From Thermoproteota archaeon (lineage in GTDB: Archaea > Thermoproteota > EX4484-205 > JAAOZP01), in assembly GCA_049700215.1 (NCBI GenBank), contig JBNAVT010000006.1, positions 21,731 through 85,730 of the forward strand: 64,000 nt of DNA, in the 5' to 3' direction. Shown piece after piece: positions 48,967 to 57,178 of this stretch. The notes beneath the pieces were generated by a model. The model made no database searches. It was not told the origin of the DNA and saw only the letters and a list, made by a program, of their open reading frames with translations. The position numbers were made by a program, and so were the translations under genes. The first letter of the stretch is position 1. Each line of letters begins with the position of its first letter.

Positions 48967-49699
48967 GCTGTAACACCTCCCTGAAAAAGAAGTATGAGAA
49001 GATAAGCAGTATCAAGGGTAATAGGAGGTGAATTAGGATTATGCCCCAAGTATAGGCCGTTAATTCCACTAAAAGAATTAGCTTTAACAGGAGATACGTA
49101 GGGTCTAGGTTCGGAGGATTTGTAGGGCTTATCGATAAGGACACGTCAAGTAGGAGGATGCTTTCGAGAAAATAGAGTGCAATTGCTACTATCATGGCCC
49201 CGAATCTACTTCTAAATATCATGCTCATTAGAATGCTGGTTGAGGCGAAAAGAAGTAGGACGATCGCATCTACGAGGATAATAGTCAGAATGGGAATAGG
49301 AGGTATCGATGCGGTTACAATCCATACTGATAGAATTGTGGAGACTAAATCCGCTAGCAGTATTGCCGAGAAATTCGTTAGAAACTTAGCTATGAACAAA
49401 GCCTCCTTCTTAACTGGGAGAGTGAACTCGCCCATTAAAACATCTTGCTCAATGTCTCTGCCAAAGGAGTTTGCAAACGTCAGAATCGTTATCAGGCATA
49501 AGAATGGGATTTTAAAGCTCCCTAGGCTAGAGAGAGCTATGTCAAACGCTGATTCTTTAACTTCCATTGGAGCTGCGCTCCCAGGGCCTCCTAGGATTAG
49601 CAGCATGAGTATTAAACCCACGTATGGGGCCGACCAGATTTTCTCAAGCTCAAACCTGATGGTTTCGACGATCGGTTTATCGATTAACTTAGCAACCAT
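48959..49699 (-). CDS. ABC-2 type exporter permease
   Basis: RFELEK start, FGRDIEQD...TLPVKK..LFIAKF motif, about six TM helices. Confidence 0.8.
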   Translation of the reverse strand: MVAKLIDKPIVETIRFELEKIWSAPYVGLILMLLILGGPGSAAPMEVKESAFDIALSSLGSFKIPFLCLITILTFANSFGRDIEQDVLMGEFTLPVKKEALFIAKFLTNFSAILLADLVSTILSVWIVTASIPPIPILTIILVDAIVLLLFASTSILMSMIFRSRFGAMIVAIALYFLESILLLDVSLSISPTNPPNLDPTYLLLKLILLVELTAYTWGIILIHLLLPLILLIFSYFFFREVLQLD

Positions 49700-50060
49700 A
49701 ATTCTTTCTCTCCAAAGCTTTTACGAAAACATTCTCCAAGCTTCTCCCAAGCCGGTGGAAGCTAACGAGCTCACAACCAGTTCGGCTAATTAACCTTGGG
49801 ACCTCGCAGCGTATAGCCGAGGCGTCCCCCTTGACGTATAGGGTATTGTTTTTCAACTTAACCATTAAACCTAAGCCGCGCAAAGCAGTTGCAAGCTCAT
49901 CTGGCTTAGTGACCTTTAACGCATAGACCATGGATGAGTATCTTTCTAAAAGGTTTTCCACATAATCCTGCTCAATAGCCTTTCCCCCATGCATCAGGCA
50001 AACCCATGAGCAAGCCTTCTGCAACTCTGGCAGAACATGGCTGGATATGAGGAAGCCTAT
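49689..50060 (-). pseudogene. C-terminal remnant of an ABC exporter ATPase
   Basis: Frame reads IGFLISSHVLPELQKAC (H-loop) from 50060 and ends SLENVFV; Walker A/B and signature absent; abuts AGCGCGCGCT. Confidence 0.85.
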
Positions 50061-50070
50061 AGCGCGCGCT
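50061..50070. repeat. Palindromic junction motif AGCGCGCGCT at the ATPase breakpoint; partner AGCGCGCGT at 48353-48361
   Basis: Read directly. Confidence 0.85.
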
Positions 50071-50106
50071 CTAATCCTGTCCCCGCCTTCATGAATTACA
50101 AGTTTT

Positions 50107-50311
50107 GGGCCCAGGCTAGTAGGCTCACCCTCCCCAATCCGCTTTTAAACAAGCCTGAGGAGGATGCTTTTACTCCGCAACACCCTGGGAAGGCTGCTTC
50201 AACCTCTCCACGGGTTTCACGCCCAGTCCCCATGGTCAAGGCGGCTTGTGCCCTCCTCAAGACGTTGAGGCCTGCTTCAGGGTTTCCCCCGGGCAGGAGC
50301 CTGGTCTACCC
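50107..50311 (-). ncRNA. Candidate structured non-coding RNA, about 205 nt, family unknown
   Basis: Terminal stem GGGU-AGA-CCAGGCU / AGCCUGG-GCCC encloses six hairpins with G-U pairs and a GAAA tetraloop; no credible ORF; TATA-like box upstream. Confidence 0.6.
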
Positions 50312-50334
50312 TGTTCATACTGTTTTCAAGACGG

Positions 50335-50345
50335 TATTAAGCGTT
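50335..50345 (-). promoter_or_regulatory. Putative BRE/TATA element (AACGCTTAATA) for the candidate ncRNA
   Basis: TTAATA at 50340-50335, 24-29 nt upstream of the terminal stem. Confidence 0.5.
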
Positions 50346-50370
50346 ACGCATCAAGCGGCTTAGCGAAGCC

Positions 50371-50952
50371 CTATTTTCCGCCTGAGCCGGCTCCAGAAGC
50401 GGTGCCGGGCCTCTTTAGCGAAACGTATAGCACTCCGGTGAAAACGATTAACAGGCTGATCGACAGGATTCTTGCGGCACTAGCGTCTACTCCAAGATCC
50501 CCTAGGAGCAATTGGATCATCGGCGCTGAAAACACTATTATAACTGAGACTAAGAGGAGTATCTCCCTGACGGATGGGGGGGCGATTCTCCCTGCTCTGG
50601 AAAACAAGTATGCCGCTATGCCGGATAATGCTAATGCTAGCGACGCTAAAATCGGCACTGTGGAGGCGAACCCCCTTAGCATTGTTTGAGCCAGAAGCAG
50701 TATTGACATCATGAAGCTTGATACGAAGCACCTTAGCCCAATACTCCTCATTCTCTGCGCAGCCTCCATCTCTTTAATCAGGAATGGGAGTACCGCTCCT
50801 AGGAGGATGAGGATGGAGCTGAAAAGGTTGACTCCTGTTCTTAGAAAGCCAGTGACCTGTAGGCTGGTGACGAATGTGAATGCTGCGAGAACGGCTAGGC
50901 CCACCAGCACCAGCAGGTTTCCGGCAGAGTAAACCGCCTCTTTCTTCTCCAA
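50371..50952 (-). CDS. Hypothetical membrane protein (about 6 TM)
   Basis: Hydrophobic ORF co-oriented downstream of trmI. Confidence 0.65.
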   Translation of the reverse strand: MEKKEAVYSAGNLLVLVGLAVLAAFTFVTSLQVTGFLRTGVNLFSSILILLGAVLPFLIKEMEAAQRMRSIGLRCFVSSFMMSILLLAQTMLRGFASTVPILASLALALSGIAAYLFSRAGRIAPPSVREILLLVSVIIVFSAPMIQLLLGDLGVDASAARILSISLLIVFTGVLYVSLKRPGTASGAGSGGK

Positions 50953-50979
50953 TCCGACGCTACTCTCTCCACGCTCTTT

Positions 50980-51771
50980 TTAAACGTTTTCTCGCGAAAC
51001 CTTTACGCCCAGCATAAGGTAAGCGGTGTGTCCAGTCATCAGGGACTCGGGCCTAACCTTCCCCTGGTACGGCCTTATTCTTCTGAGAAATATCTCAACG
51101 GTTTCGAGATGCACTATGCTGGAGTCCGCCATTGCTGAATAAGCCTTCTCCAGCTGGTTCATAGTCGGTAGGACGAGGCATACTCTGGCTGACGGCTTCA
51201 GGAACCCTGAAACATTCCCCAGGGCTTCCCAGGGGTCTGGAAGATCCATTAAGGCAGCGTCGAAAAACTCTTTGAAAACCGTGGTTTTAACGTCTCCGCG
51301 CACCAGCTCCACGTATTCCAGCAGCCCGGCTCTCTCAAGGTTTCTCCGTGCAACCCTTATGGATTCCTCGTTAACATCGTAAGAGAAGACTTTCCCAGTC
51401 GGCTTGACGAGGCTCGCCATAATCATTGCGGCGGCCCCGCTTCCAGTACCCGCGTCTAGAACCTTGAAGCCTGGTGATATTCCGAGGCTTAAAACCATGT
51501 AGCCGAGGTCCTTGGGATACATAACCTGCGTCCTCCTAGCCAGCTTAGGAATATAGTCTATGAGAAGAGGCTTAAGGGCAAGCATCTCTTCCCCAGTGTG
51601 GGTTCTGACTACTATTCCAGGCTGGTTGCCGACGATGTCGCCCACCTGAATATACCCTTTATGAGTGTGAATCCTATCGCCCTGTATCTTCACAACCCGT
51701 TTCTTCCCTTTAGGTGAGACAAGGAGAACGTCCCCGCCTTCTTTAAAAGCATCGTTCAACCTTAGGCTCAA
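50980..51771 (-). CDS. trmI: tRNA (adenine-57/58-N1)-methyltransferase
   Basis: RRTQVMYPKD, DAGTGSG, DLPDPW, PTMNQ, GHTAYL. Confidence 0.95.
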   Translation of the reverse strand: MSLRLNDAFKEGGDVLLVSPKGKKRVVKIQGDRIHTHKGYIQVGDIVGNQPGIVVRTHTGEEMLALKPLLIDYIPKLARRTQVMYPKDLGYMVLSLGISPGFKVLDAGTGSGAAAMIMASLVKPTGKVFSYDVNEESIRVARRNLERAGLLEYVELVRGDVKTTVFKEFFDAALMDLPDPWEALGNVSGFLKPSARVCLVLPTMNQLEKAYSAMADSSIVHLETVEIFLRRIRPYQGKVRPESLMTGHTAYLMLGVKVSRENV

Positions 51772-52888
51772 ACCTGTTTAACAACTCTATTGAATTTATT
51801 ATGTCTTCCTCTCTCGCTCCGAAGCTTATCCTAACGTGGTTTTCGCCTGAGGGCCCGAAGCCCTGGCCCGGAGCCAGGACTACTCCTGTCTCCCTAGCCA
51901 GCTCAAGGCAGAACTCGAAGGATTTGAAAGGTAAGTATGGGAATATGTAGAGCGAGCCCTGAGGCCAGTAGACATCCAGCAAACCCTTTCTCTTAAAGCC
52001 CTGCATGAATGTTCTGAGGCGTTTCTCAACACTCATCCTCACGTATCCGGATATCTCGTTTATAAGGGGAAGCGTCTTAAGAACTACGCGCTGCCCCAGA
52101 GTGTTCGAGGTTAGGGAGGTGGCGTACCTAACCATGCTCGCCCTGCTAACCATGCTTTTGTCAGAGGCTAGGAAACCCACTCTTAAGCCCGTTATCCCCA
52201 TGTTCTTAGAGAAGCTCCCTATGATGATAGTGTTTTCAAGACCGGGGTCGAAGCTTCCCGGGCTGACAGGCTTGTTTTCCCCGAAAAAAATCTCTAAATA
52301 GGTTTCGTCGGAAATTATTATGGAGCTGTTTTCCCGAGCATGCTCGACAAGCTTCTCCATGTCTCCTGGCGGAACAATCCTGCCCGTAGGATTGTTTGGG
52401 GAGCAAACCAGTATGAGGTCGTGTCCTTCTTTTCTCCCTGCGGCCTGCTCGCTAACCTCAGTGTCCTGACTATAGTAGTCTATCGTGATATTGTCGAAAA
52501 GGCTCGCCGCTAGCGAATGCTGAGGGTAGGTGGGGTCTGGGAGAATAATCCTGTCCCCAGGGTCGAGCACAGTCATTAATGCTACTAGAAACGCTTCTGA
52601 AGCCCCCGCCGTCACCAGGATGTTCTCCGCCTTGGCGTCTAAACCCCTGCTCTCCCTCAAGTATTCAGCTATCAGGCTCCTGAGCTCGTTAAACCCTTCT
52701 ACTGGAGGGTATGTAAGGCTGCTTTCCTCAGAGGTTTTCCTAACCGCATCCTTAACCAACGGGTGGGGCTCTATGAAAATGTCTCCAACGCTAAGGTTCA
52801 TCACGACGCTTCTCCTAGACAAGGCTTCCTTCAAAATCCTTCTATGAGGTGGCTCCGCGATCCTGCTTATTCTGCCAGCTGTTTTCAA
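51743..52888 (-). CDS. Class I/II PLP-dependent aminotransferase
   Basis: TAGASEA, SPNNPTG, SDETY, SFSKNMGITGLRVG. Confidence 0.92.
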   Translation of the reverse strand: MKTAGRISRIAEPPHRRILKEALSRRSVVMNLSVGDIFIEPHPLVKDAVRKTSEESSLTYPPVEGFNELRSLIAEYLRESRGLDAKAENILVTAGASEAFLVALMTVLDPGDRIILPDPTYPQHSLAASLFDNITIDYYSQDTEVSEQAAGRKEGHDLILVCSPNNPTGRIVPPGDMEKLVEHARENSSIIISDETYLEIFFGENKPVSPGSFDPGLENTIIIGSFSKNMGITGLRVGFLASDKSMVSRASMVRYATSLTSNTLGQRVVLKTLPLINEISGYVRMSVEKRLRTFMQGFKRKGLLDVYWPQGSLYIFPYLPFKSFEFCLELARETGVVLAPGQGFGPSGENHVRISFGAREEDIINSIELLNRFEPKVERCF

Positions 52889-52951
52889 CCCGGTTTCCCC
52901 AGCTTGCCTCGCCTTTTAAGCATTAACTCGTTTCCAGCGGTTTACAGGTTG

Positions 52952-54856
52952 CTAGCCGCCCTGCTCCGGCGGGATGGGTGGCATATAGTGGGCTTCGCAA
53001 TGCCTACCCGGGATAATGCTGCGAATCTTCTCAAGCAGCTCGGGAAGTGATTCAGGAGGCAGCGACGTATCTTTTAAAAACTTCTTCGCGAGCGCAGCTG
53101 CTTCACGATTCTTGTCTTTTTCCCCCGGCAGGATTACAGCGTACTTTCTACACTTCTCCTTCACCTTGCTTAGGCTTCCATAGACTACCTCGCCATCGTC
53201 AGCAACACCGATCCAGAGCTTGAGCTCCACGTTTCTGATGAAGTTCTTCTCACCCCTTATCATGAACGCCCCCCTAGGGAGGTACTGTCCTGAAGGAGCC
53301 TGCTTGCCCACTTGGCTTCCCCTCACCCAGTAGACGTCGAGCGAAGCATACTTGTTCTCCCAGGCTCTCGTGGTGTAGCATGCTGCCATCAGCGCAGCCT
53401 CCTTCAACTCCTCCTCAGAAGGGTTCTCAACGTTATGTATGGTTACGAATGGTGCCCCAGTGAAGTCTGCATGCAACACTATGCTTCCGTCTGAAACATG
53501 CTTCTTAACAAGAAGCTCGTTTGTCCCAGCATCCTTGCCGGCTAGAATCAGGTTACCGTTAACCGATAGGTTCCAGCGAAACTTCTCATACCATTTTCTT
53601 TCAGCCCTCTTCTCAGGAATCATCCTCCTCCTTTCAGCGGAGGTCTTCTCCTTAAGCGTCAGAATCTTGGCATCGATCTCGGAAAGATGCTTCTCTATTT
53701 TCTTAGCCTCTTCAAACATGCTTGAAGCGTTCGACGCGGCTGAGGAATCAAGGCTAAGCTTGAACTCGGAATCGTTAAACAATATTTTAACAATCCTCTT
53801 TCCGTAGTCTGTTTCAAGAATCTTGAAGCCAGCGGGCACTTCCCCCCTTTTCCTTACAGCGTCTAGAACACTCTGGAAGCCTGCAAGGTTCTCCATTATC
53901 ATCCTAGCCCTGCTCCTTAAAGCCTCTACTTCAGAAGCAAGGTTCTCCCTTACTCTAACCAGTCTACCCAGCTCTAAGGATGCTCTCTCCTCCCCGCCCG
54001 GGGCTTCAAACCCGAGTGCAGCATAGTACTCGTCTAAAGCCTGTGAAAGGGTTTCCGCCTCCTTCTGCTCAACATCCTGGAGGGAGAGGAGCCTTATTCC
54101 AGACACGTCGACCGGGTGACCGTCGCGATAATAGGTTCGCGGCTTAGGAGACTCCTCAGCCTCCTTGATAAGCATCCGGATTGTCTCCACTACGAGCGGA
54201 ATCTTTCCTTCAGCGCTTGAATCAGGATCCAGCCCCGCCCTCCTGCAGATTTCACGCATCGTTTTAGATCCGAAGCCCAGCCTGCCGGCTATCAGCCTGC
54301 TGAGCTTTTCTGAAGAATGCTTCTCCAAGGCTTCAAGGCTTCCGGGAGCACTCGCGGGGTCGAGTATGTTGGACGGTGGGAAAACGTATTTCTCACCCTC
54401 TCTGAGCGACCTAGCCTCCATCTCGATCCTTTTCGAGGTGAAAAGAATACGCCAGTCTTCGGAGACGAGGGCGAGGACTCCGCGTTTCAAACCCTCTGCG
54501 ATAAGCCTAGCTTTAAACCCTCCCCTGGAAAGGCTTATGACGATGATCCTGTCGAAGTCGTGCTGCTCAACATTCTCAACCCTAAGGTTGCAGGCCAGTC
54601 TCCTAAGCTGCAATACGCTGCTCTCAGGAGTGCTCGGGACAGGATAGTCGCGGTTGGTTAGGAACAACGATTCACCAGGTATTATGACGAGCTTCTTGAC
54701 AGTCCCGCTGCTCCGGAATACCACTAAGTAGTATCCATACTCAGGATGGCTGTACACGTTGTCAACCCATGCTCCCTGCAGCTCTCTGGAAAGCTCCCTG
54801 GAAAGCACTAGGTAGTCGATGCTGGAAAGACTTATTTTCGGGGCTCTCAACCTCAA
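52952..54856 (-). CDS. rqcH: Ribosome quality control factor RqcH (NEMF/Rqc2 homolog)
   Basis: EQHDFDRII (NFACT-N), WYEKFRW, GKDAGTNE, HAD, APSGQYL.RGAFMIRG (NFACT-R). Confidence 0.93.
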   Translation of the reverse strand: MRLRAPKISLSSIDYLVLSRELSRELQGAWVDNVYSHPEYGYYLVVFRSSGTVKKLVIIPGESLFLTNRDYPVPSTPESSVLQLRRLACNLRVENVEQHDFDRIIVISLSRGGFKARLIAEGLKRGVLALVSEDWRILFTSKRIEMEARSLREGEKYVFPPSNILDPASAPGSLEALEKHSSEKLSRLIAGRLGFGSKTMREICRRAGLDPDSSAEGKIPLVVETIRMLIKEAEESPKPRTYYRDGHPVDVSGIRLLSLQDVEQKEAETLSQALDEYYAALGFEAPGGEERASLELGRLVRVRENLASEVEALRSRARMIMENLAGFQSVLDAVRKRGEVPAGFKILETDYGKRIVKILFNDSEFKLSLDSSAASNASSMFEEAKKIEKHLSEIDAKILTLKEKTSAERRRMIPEKRAERKWYEKFRWNLSVNGNLILAGKDAGTNELLVKKHVSDGSIVLHADFTGAPFVTIHNVENPSEEELKEAALMAACYTTRAWENKYASLDVYWVRGSQVGKQAPSGQYLPRGAFMIRGEKNFIRNVELKLWIGVADDGEVVYGSLSKVKEKCRKYAVILPGEKDKNREAAALAKKFLKDTSLPPESLPELLEKIRSIIPGRHCEAHYMPPIPPEQGG

Positions 54857-54861
54857 GATGA

Positions 54862-55152
54862 ATGAGCGAGTACAGATTTAAACCTGAAAGCCTCATGTAC
54901 TGGACTAGGGTTGCCCTAGGAGCGCTACTGGGTGCTCTACACGCTTTCTTCTGGCGTCCACCCTCCTCGATAATAAGCGCTCTCCTAAACATGGTTTTAG
55001 CGTATGTCTTAACATACTATTTTTTCAAAAGGCTCTACAGGGGCAGGCTTAAGGATGAGAGTGCCACCTGGAAGGAGGGTGTGGGAAGCTTCTTCCTAGC
55101 CTGGCTTTTCACATGGTTCCTGCTGTATAATGCTCTATTCCCCACTGGATAG
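54862..55152 (+). CDS. Small three-TM protein resembling the EMC6/Rab5ip family
   Basis: YWTRVALGALLG...GVGSFFLAWLFTWFLLYN pattern, 96 aa. Confidence 0.6.
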   Translation: MSEYRFKPESLMYWTRVALGALLGALHAFFWRPPSSIISALLNMVLAYVLTYYFFKRLYRGRLKDESATWKEGVGSFFLAWLFTWFLLYNALFPTG

Positions 55153-55524
55153 TTTCCCCAGGAAGTCCAACCAGGCTGCGAAGTAGCCTTCCTCCTCAGA
55201 GCTAAGATAATGCGTCTCAACTGTTTCCAGAAGGCTTTTCACCTGCTTCTCCGGCTCCTCCGAAGGCTCTCCGATAACGCTTCCCTCAACAGGCTTCCTA
55301 AGCGTCTGAATTATCCCTCTTAAGCCTCTTAAATAGCCCGTTTCGAATCCTCCGCTAGGCTTTAAACCATCCAGCTGCTTCTCAGCCTCGTCAAGCCTCT
55401 TTCTAGCAAGCATCTCGAGTATCTTATCCGTCTGGTCTGTCCTCCTCTTCAAGCCGCGTTTTTCAAAAGGCTTAAGCCTAATAAGTTTATCAAACCGGCT
55501 CGAAAATCTTAAAACTTTTTCCAA
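55135..55524 (-). CDS. Hypothetical protein
   Basis: Host-like codon usage; repeated GY motifs (ETGYLRGLRG, EEGYFAAW). Confidence 0.6.
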   Translation of the reverse strand: MEKVLRFSSRFDKLIRLKPFEKRGLKRRTDQTDKILEMLARKRLDEAEKQLDGLKPSGGFETGYLRGLRGIIQTLRKPVEGSVIGEPSEEPEKQVKSLLETVETHYLSSEEEGYFAAWLDFLGKLSSGE

Positions 55525-55539
55525 TATTTAGAAGGAGGC

Positions 55540-56715
55540 TTGAAACACCTGGTGATACTTGGGGACGGGATGGCTGACTACCCGGTTGAGGAAGCCGGTG
55601 GTAAAACCCCGCTTCAAATCGCGGAGAAGCCCAGCATGGATGAAATAGCTAGGAGGGGAAGAATGGGTATGCTTCGAACACTCCGGCCGGGCTTGCCTAG
55701 GGGCAGTGATGTCGCGAACCTGATAATACTAGGGTATGATCCCTGCTCCTGCTACACTGGAAGGGGGCCGTTGGAGGCTGCGGCCAGAGGCATAACTGCC
55801 GGTGGTGACGAGATTGTTTTCAGGTGTAATCTTATAACGGTTGAGGGAAACAGGGTTGTCGACTACTCCGGGGGTCATGTTTCGACGGAGGAGGCTGGCC
55901 TCTTAATATCGGTGTTGAACAGGAGGTTTAGCAGTGTCGGAAGGTTTTACACGGGCGTCGGCTACAGGAATATTTTCGTCTCCGGGAGGGGGGAGGGGTT
56001 GACAGCCACCCCGCCTCACGATATTGTTGGCGAAGAGTATTTTAGGCACTTGCTGAAGCCGGACAACGAGGACGCTAGGGTTCTTAACAGGATGATGGTT
56101 GAGTCGATCGAGGTTCTGTCTGAAAATCAGGTGAACACTCTTAGGCAGAAATCCGGGAAGAGGCCTGCGAACATGGCTTGGATATGGGGCCATGGCAGGA
56201 TGCCTAGGCTGGAGCCTTTCGCCTTGAAGCATGGTTTAAAGGGTGCGGTGATAGCTGCGGTAGACCTGATAAAAGGGATTGGTAGGCTTACGTGCATGGC
56301 GGTTCCTGAAGTACCGGGGGCAACGGGATACTATGATACTAGCTACGAGAACAAGGCTGCGTATGCGGTTAAGGCTCTTGAGGAATCCGATTTCGTGTAT
56401 CTGCATGTTGAGGCTCCCGACGAAGCCGGCCACGAGGGTTCTTTCGAAACCAAGGTGAAGGTTATTGAGGAAATGGACAGGAGGCTTTTCAGAAAAATAC
56501 TTGACAACGTTGAAGAGAATGTTTCGATAAGCATTCTGGTAGATCACCCGACGCCAGTTTCAGTTAGAACCCACACGTTGGACCCGACGCCCTTCGCCGT
56601 GATGAAACCATGTTTGGAGGGTGACGGGCTGCCTTTCAACGAGGACTCTGGGCTTAAAGGGTCCTTCGGGCTTGTAGACGGGATGGAAATCGTTAAATTG
56701 ATTAAGAGGGTTTAG
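55540..56715 (+). CDS. apgM: Cofactor-independent phosphoglycerate mutase family protein, second paralog
   Basis: GDGMAD, KTPLQ, GSDVANL, GRGPLEAA, EAPDEAGH, DHPTP. Confidence 0.9.
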   Translation: MKHLVILGDGMADYPVEEAGGKTPLQIAEKPSMDEIARRGRMGMLRTLRPGLPRGSDVANLIILGYDPCSCYTGRGPLEAAARGITAGGDEIVFRCNLITVEGNRVVDYSGGHVSTEEAGLLISVLNRRFSSVGRFYTGVGYRNIFVSGRGEGLTATPPHDIVGEEYFRHLLKPDNEDARVLNRMMVESIEVLSENQVNTLRQKSGKRPANMAWIWGHGRMPRLEPFALKHGLKGAVIAAVDLIKGIGRLTCMAVPEVPGATGYYDTSYENKAAYAVKALEESDFVYLHVEAPDEAGHEGSFETKVKVIEEMDRRLFRKILDNVEENVSISILVDHPTPVSVRTHTLDPTPFAVMKPCLEGDGLPFNEDSGLKGSFGLVDGMEIVKLIKRV

Positions 56716-56725
56716 GTCCCGATCC

Positions 56726-57055
56726 ATGGGTCCTCCTAAGAGGAGAGGCTATCTTGCTGAGCGTAAGATCAGAATGTTCCTCCACAGGTACGGCTGGATG
56801 ACTGTTAGGTCCGGCGGAAGCCTTGGGCCGGCTGACCTGGTTTGCCTCAGGAAAGGCAAGTGTATCCTGATGCAGGTTAAATCAACTAGGAAGCCCCTGC
56901 TGTACGTTGAGGGGCCGATGCCCCGTGAAATCGAGGGGTTTCCTCTTTACGTAGTGGTGGACTTCGGGTATGGCGACATAAGGGTTTTCACACCCGGGGA
57001 GAGGATAAGTAGGCAAGCAGGCATCCTGCTGACAGAGTTCATAGAAAAATGTTAA
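56726..57055 (+). CDS. hjc: Archaeal Holliday junction resolvase Hjc-like nuclease
   Basis: RRGYLAER, VRSGGS..ADLV, QVKST. Confidence 0.78.
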   Translation: MGPPKRRGYLAERKIRMFLHRYGWMTVRSGGSLGPADLVCLRKGKCILMQVKSTRKPLLYVEGPMPREIEGFPLYVVVDFGYGDIRVFTPGERISRQAGILLTEFIEKC

Positions 57056-57178
57056 ACATGCTTGGAAAACGTTTTTAAACGCTTCGGAAATCCTTATAGG
57101 GTTTTAAAGCAGGAGGATTTGGTGAAGCATCAGGCGAAAACGTCATACGAGAGGGGAAGGACGGTGAACGGATGAGGA

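Noticed and set aside
50107-50311. Calling the structured RNA RNase P or SRP RNA
   Set aside because: Universal RNase P boxes and the SRP GNRA helix-8 loop and Alu domain are not recognisable; left as unknown ncRNA.
50037-50363. Plus-strand 108-aa ORF
   Set aside because: No recognisable motif, spans the palindrome junction and lies antisense to the ncRNA candidate.
45336-56715. Two apgM paralogs as a novelty
   Set aside because: Two cofactor-independent mutase paralogs are common in archaea.
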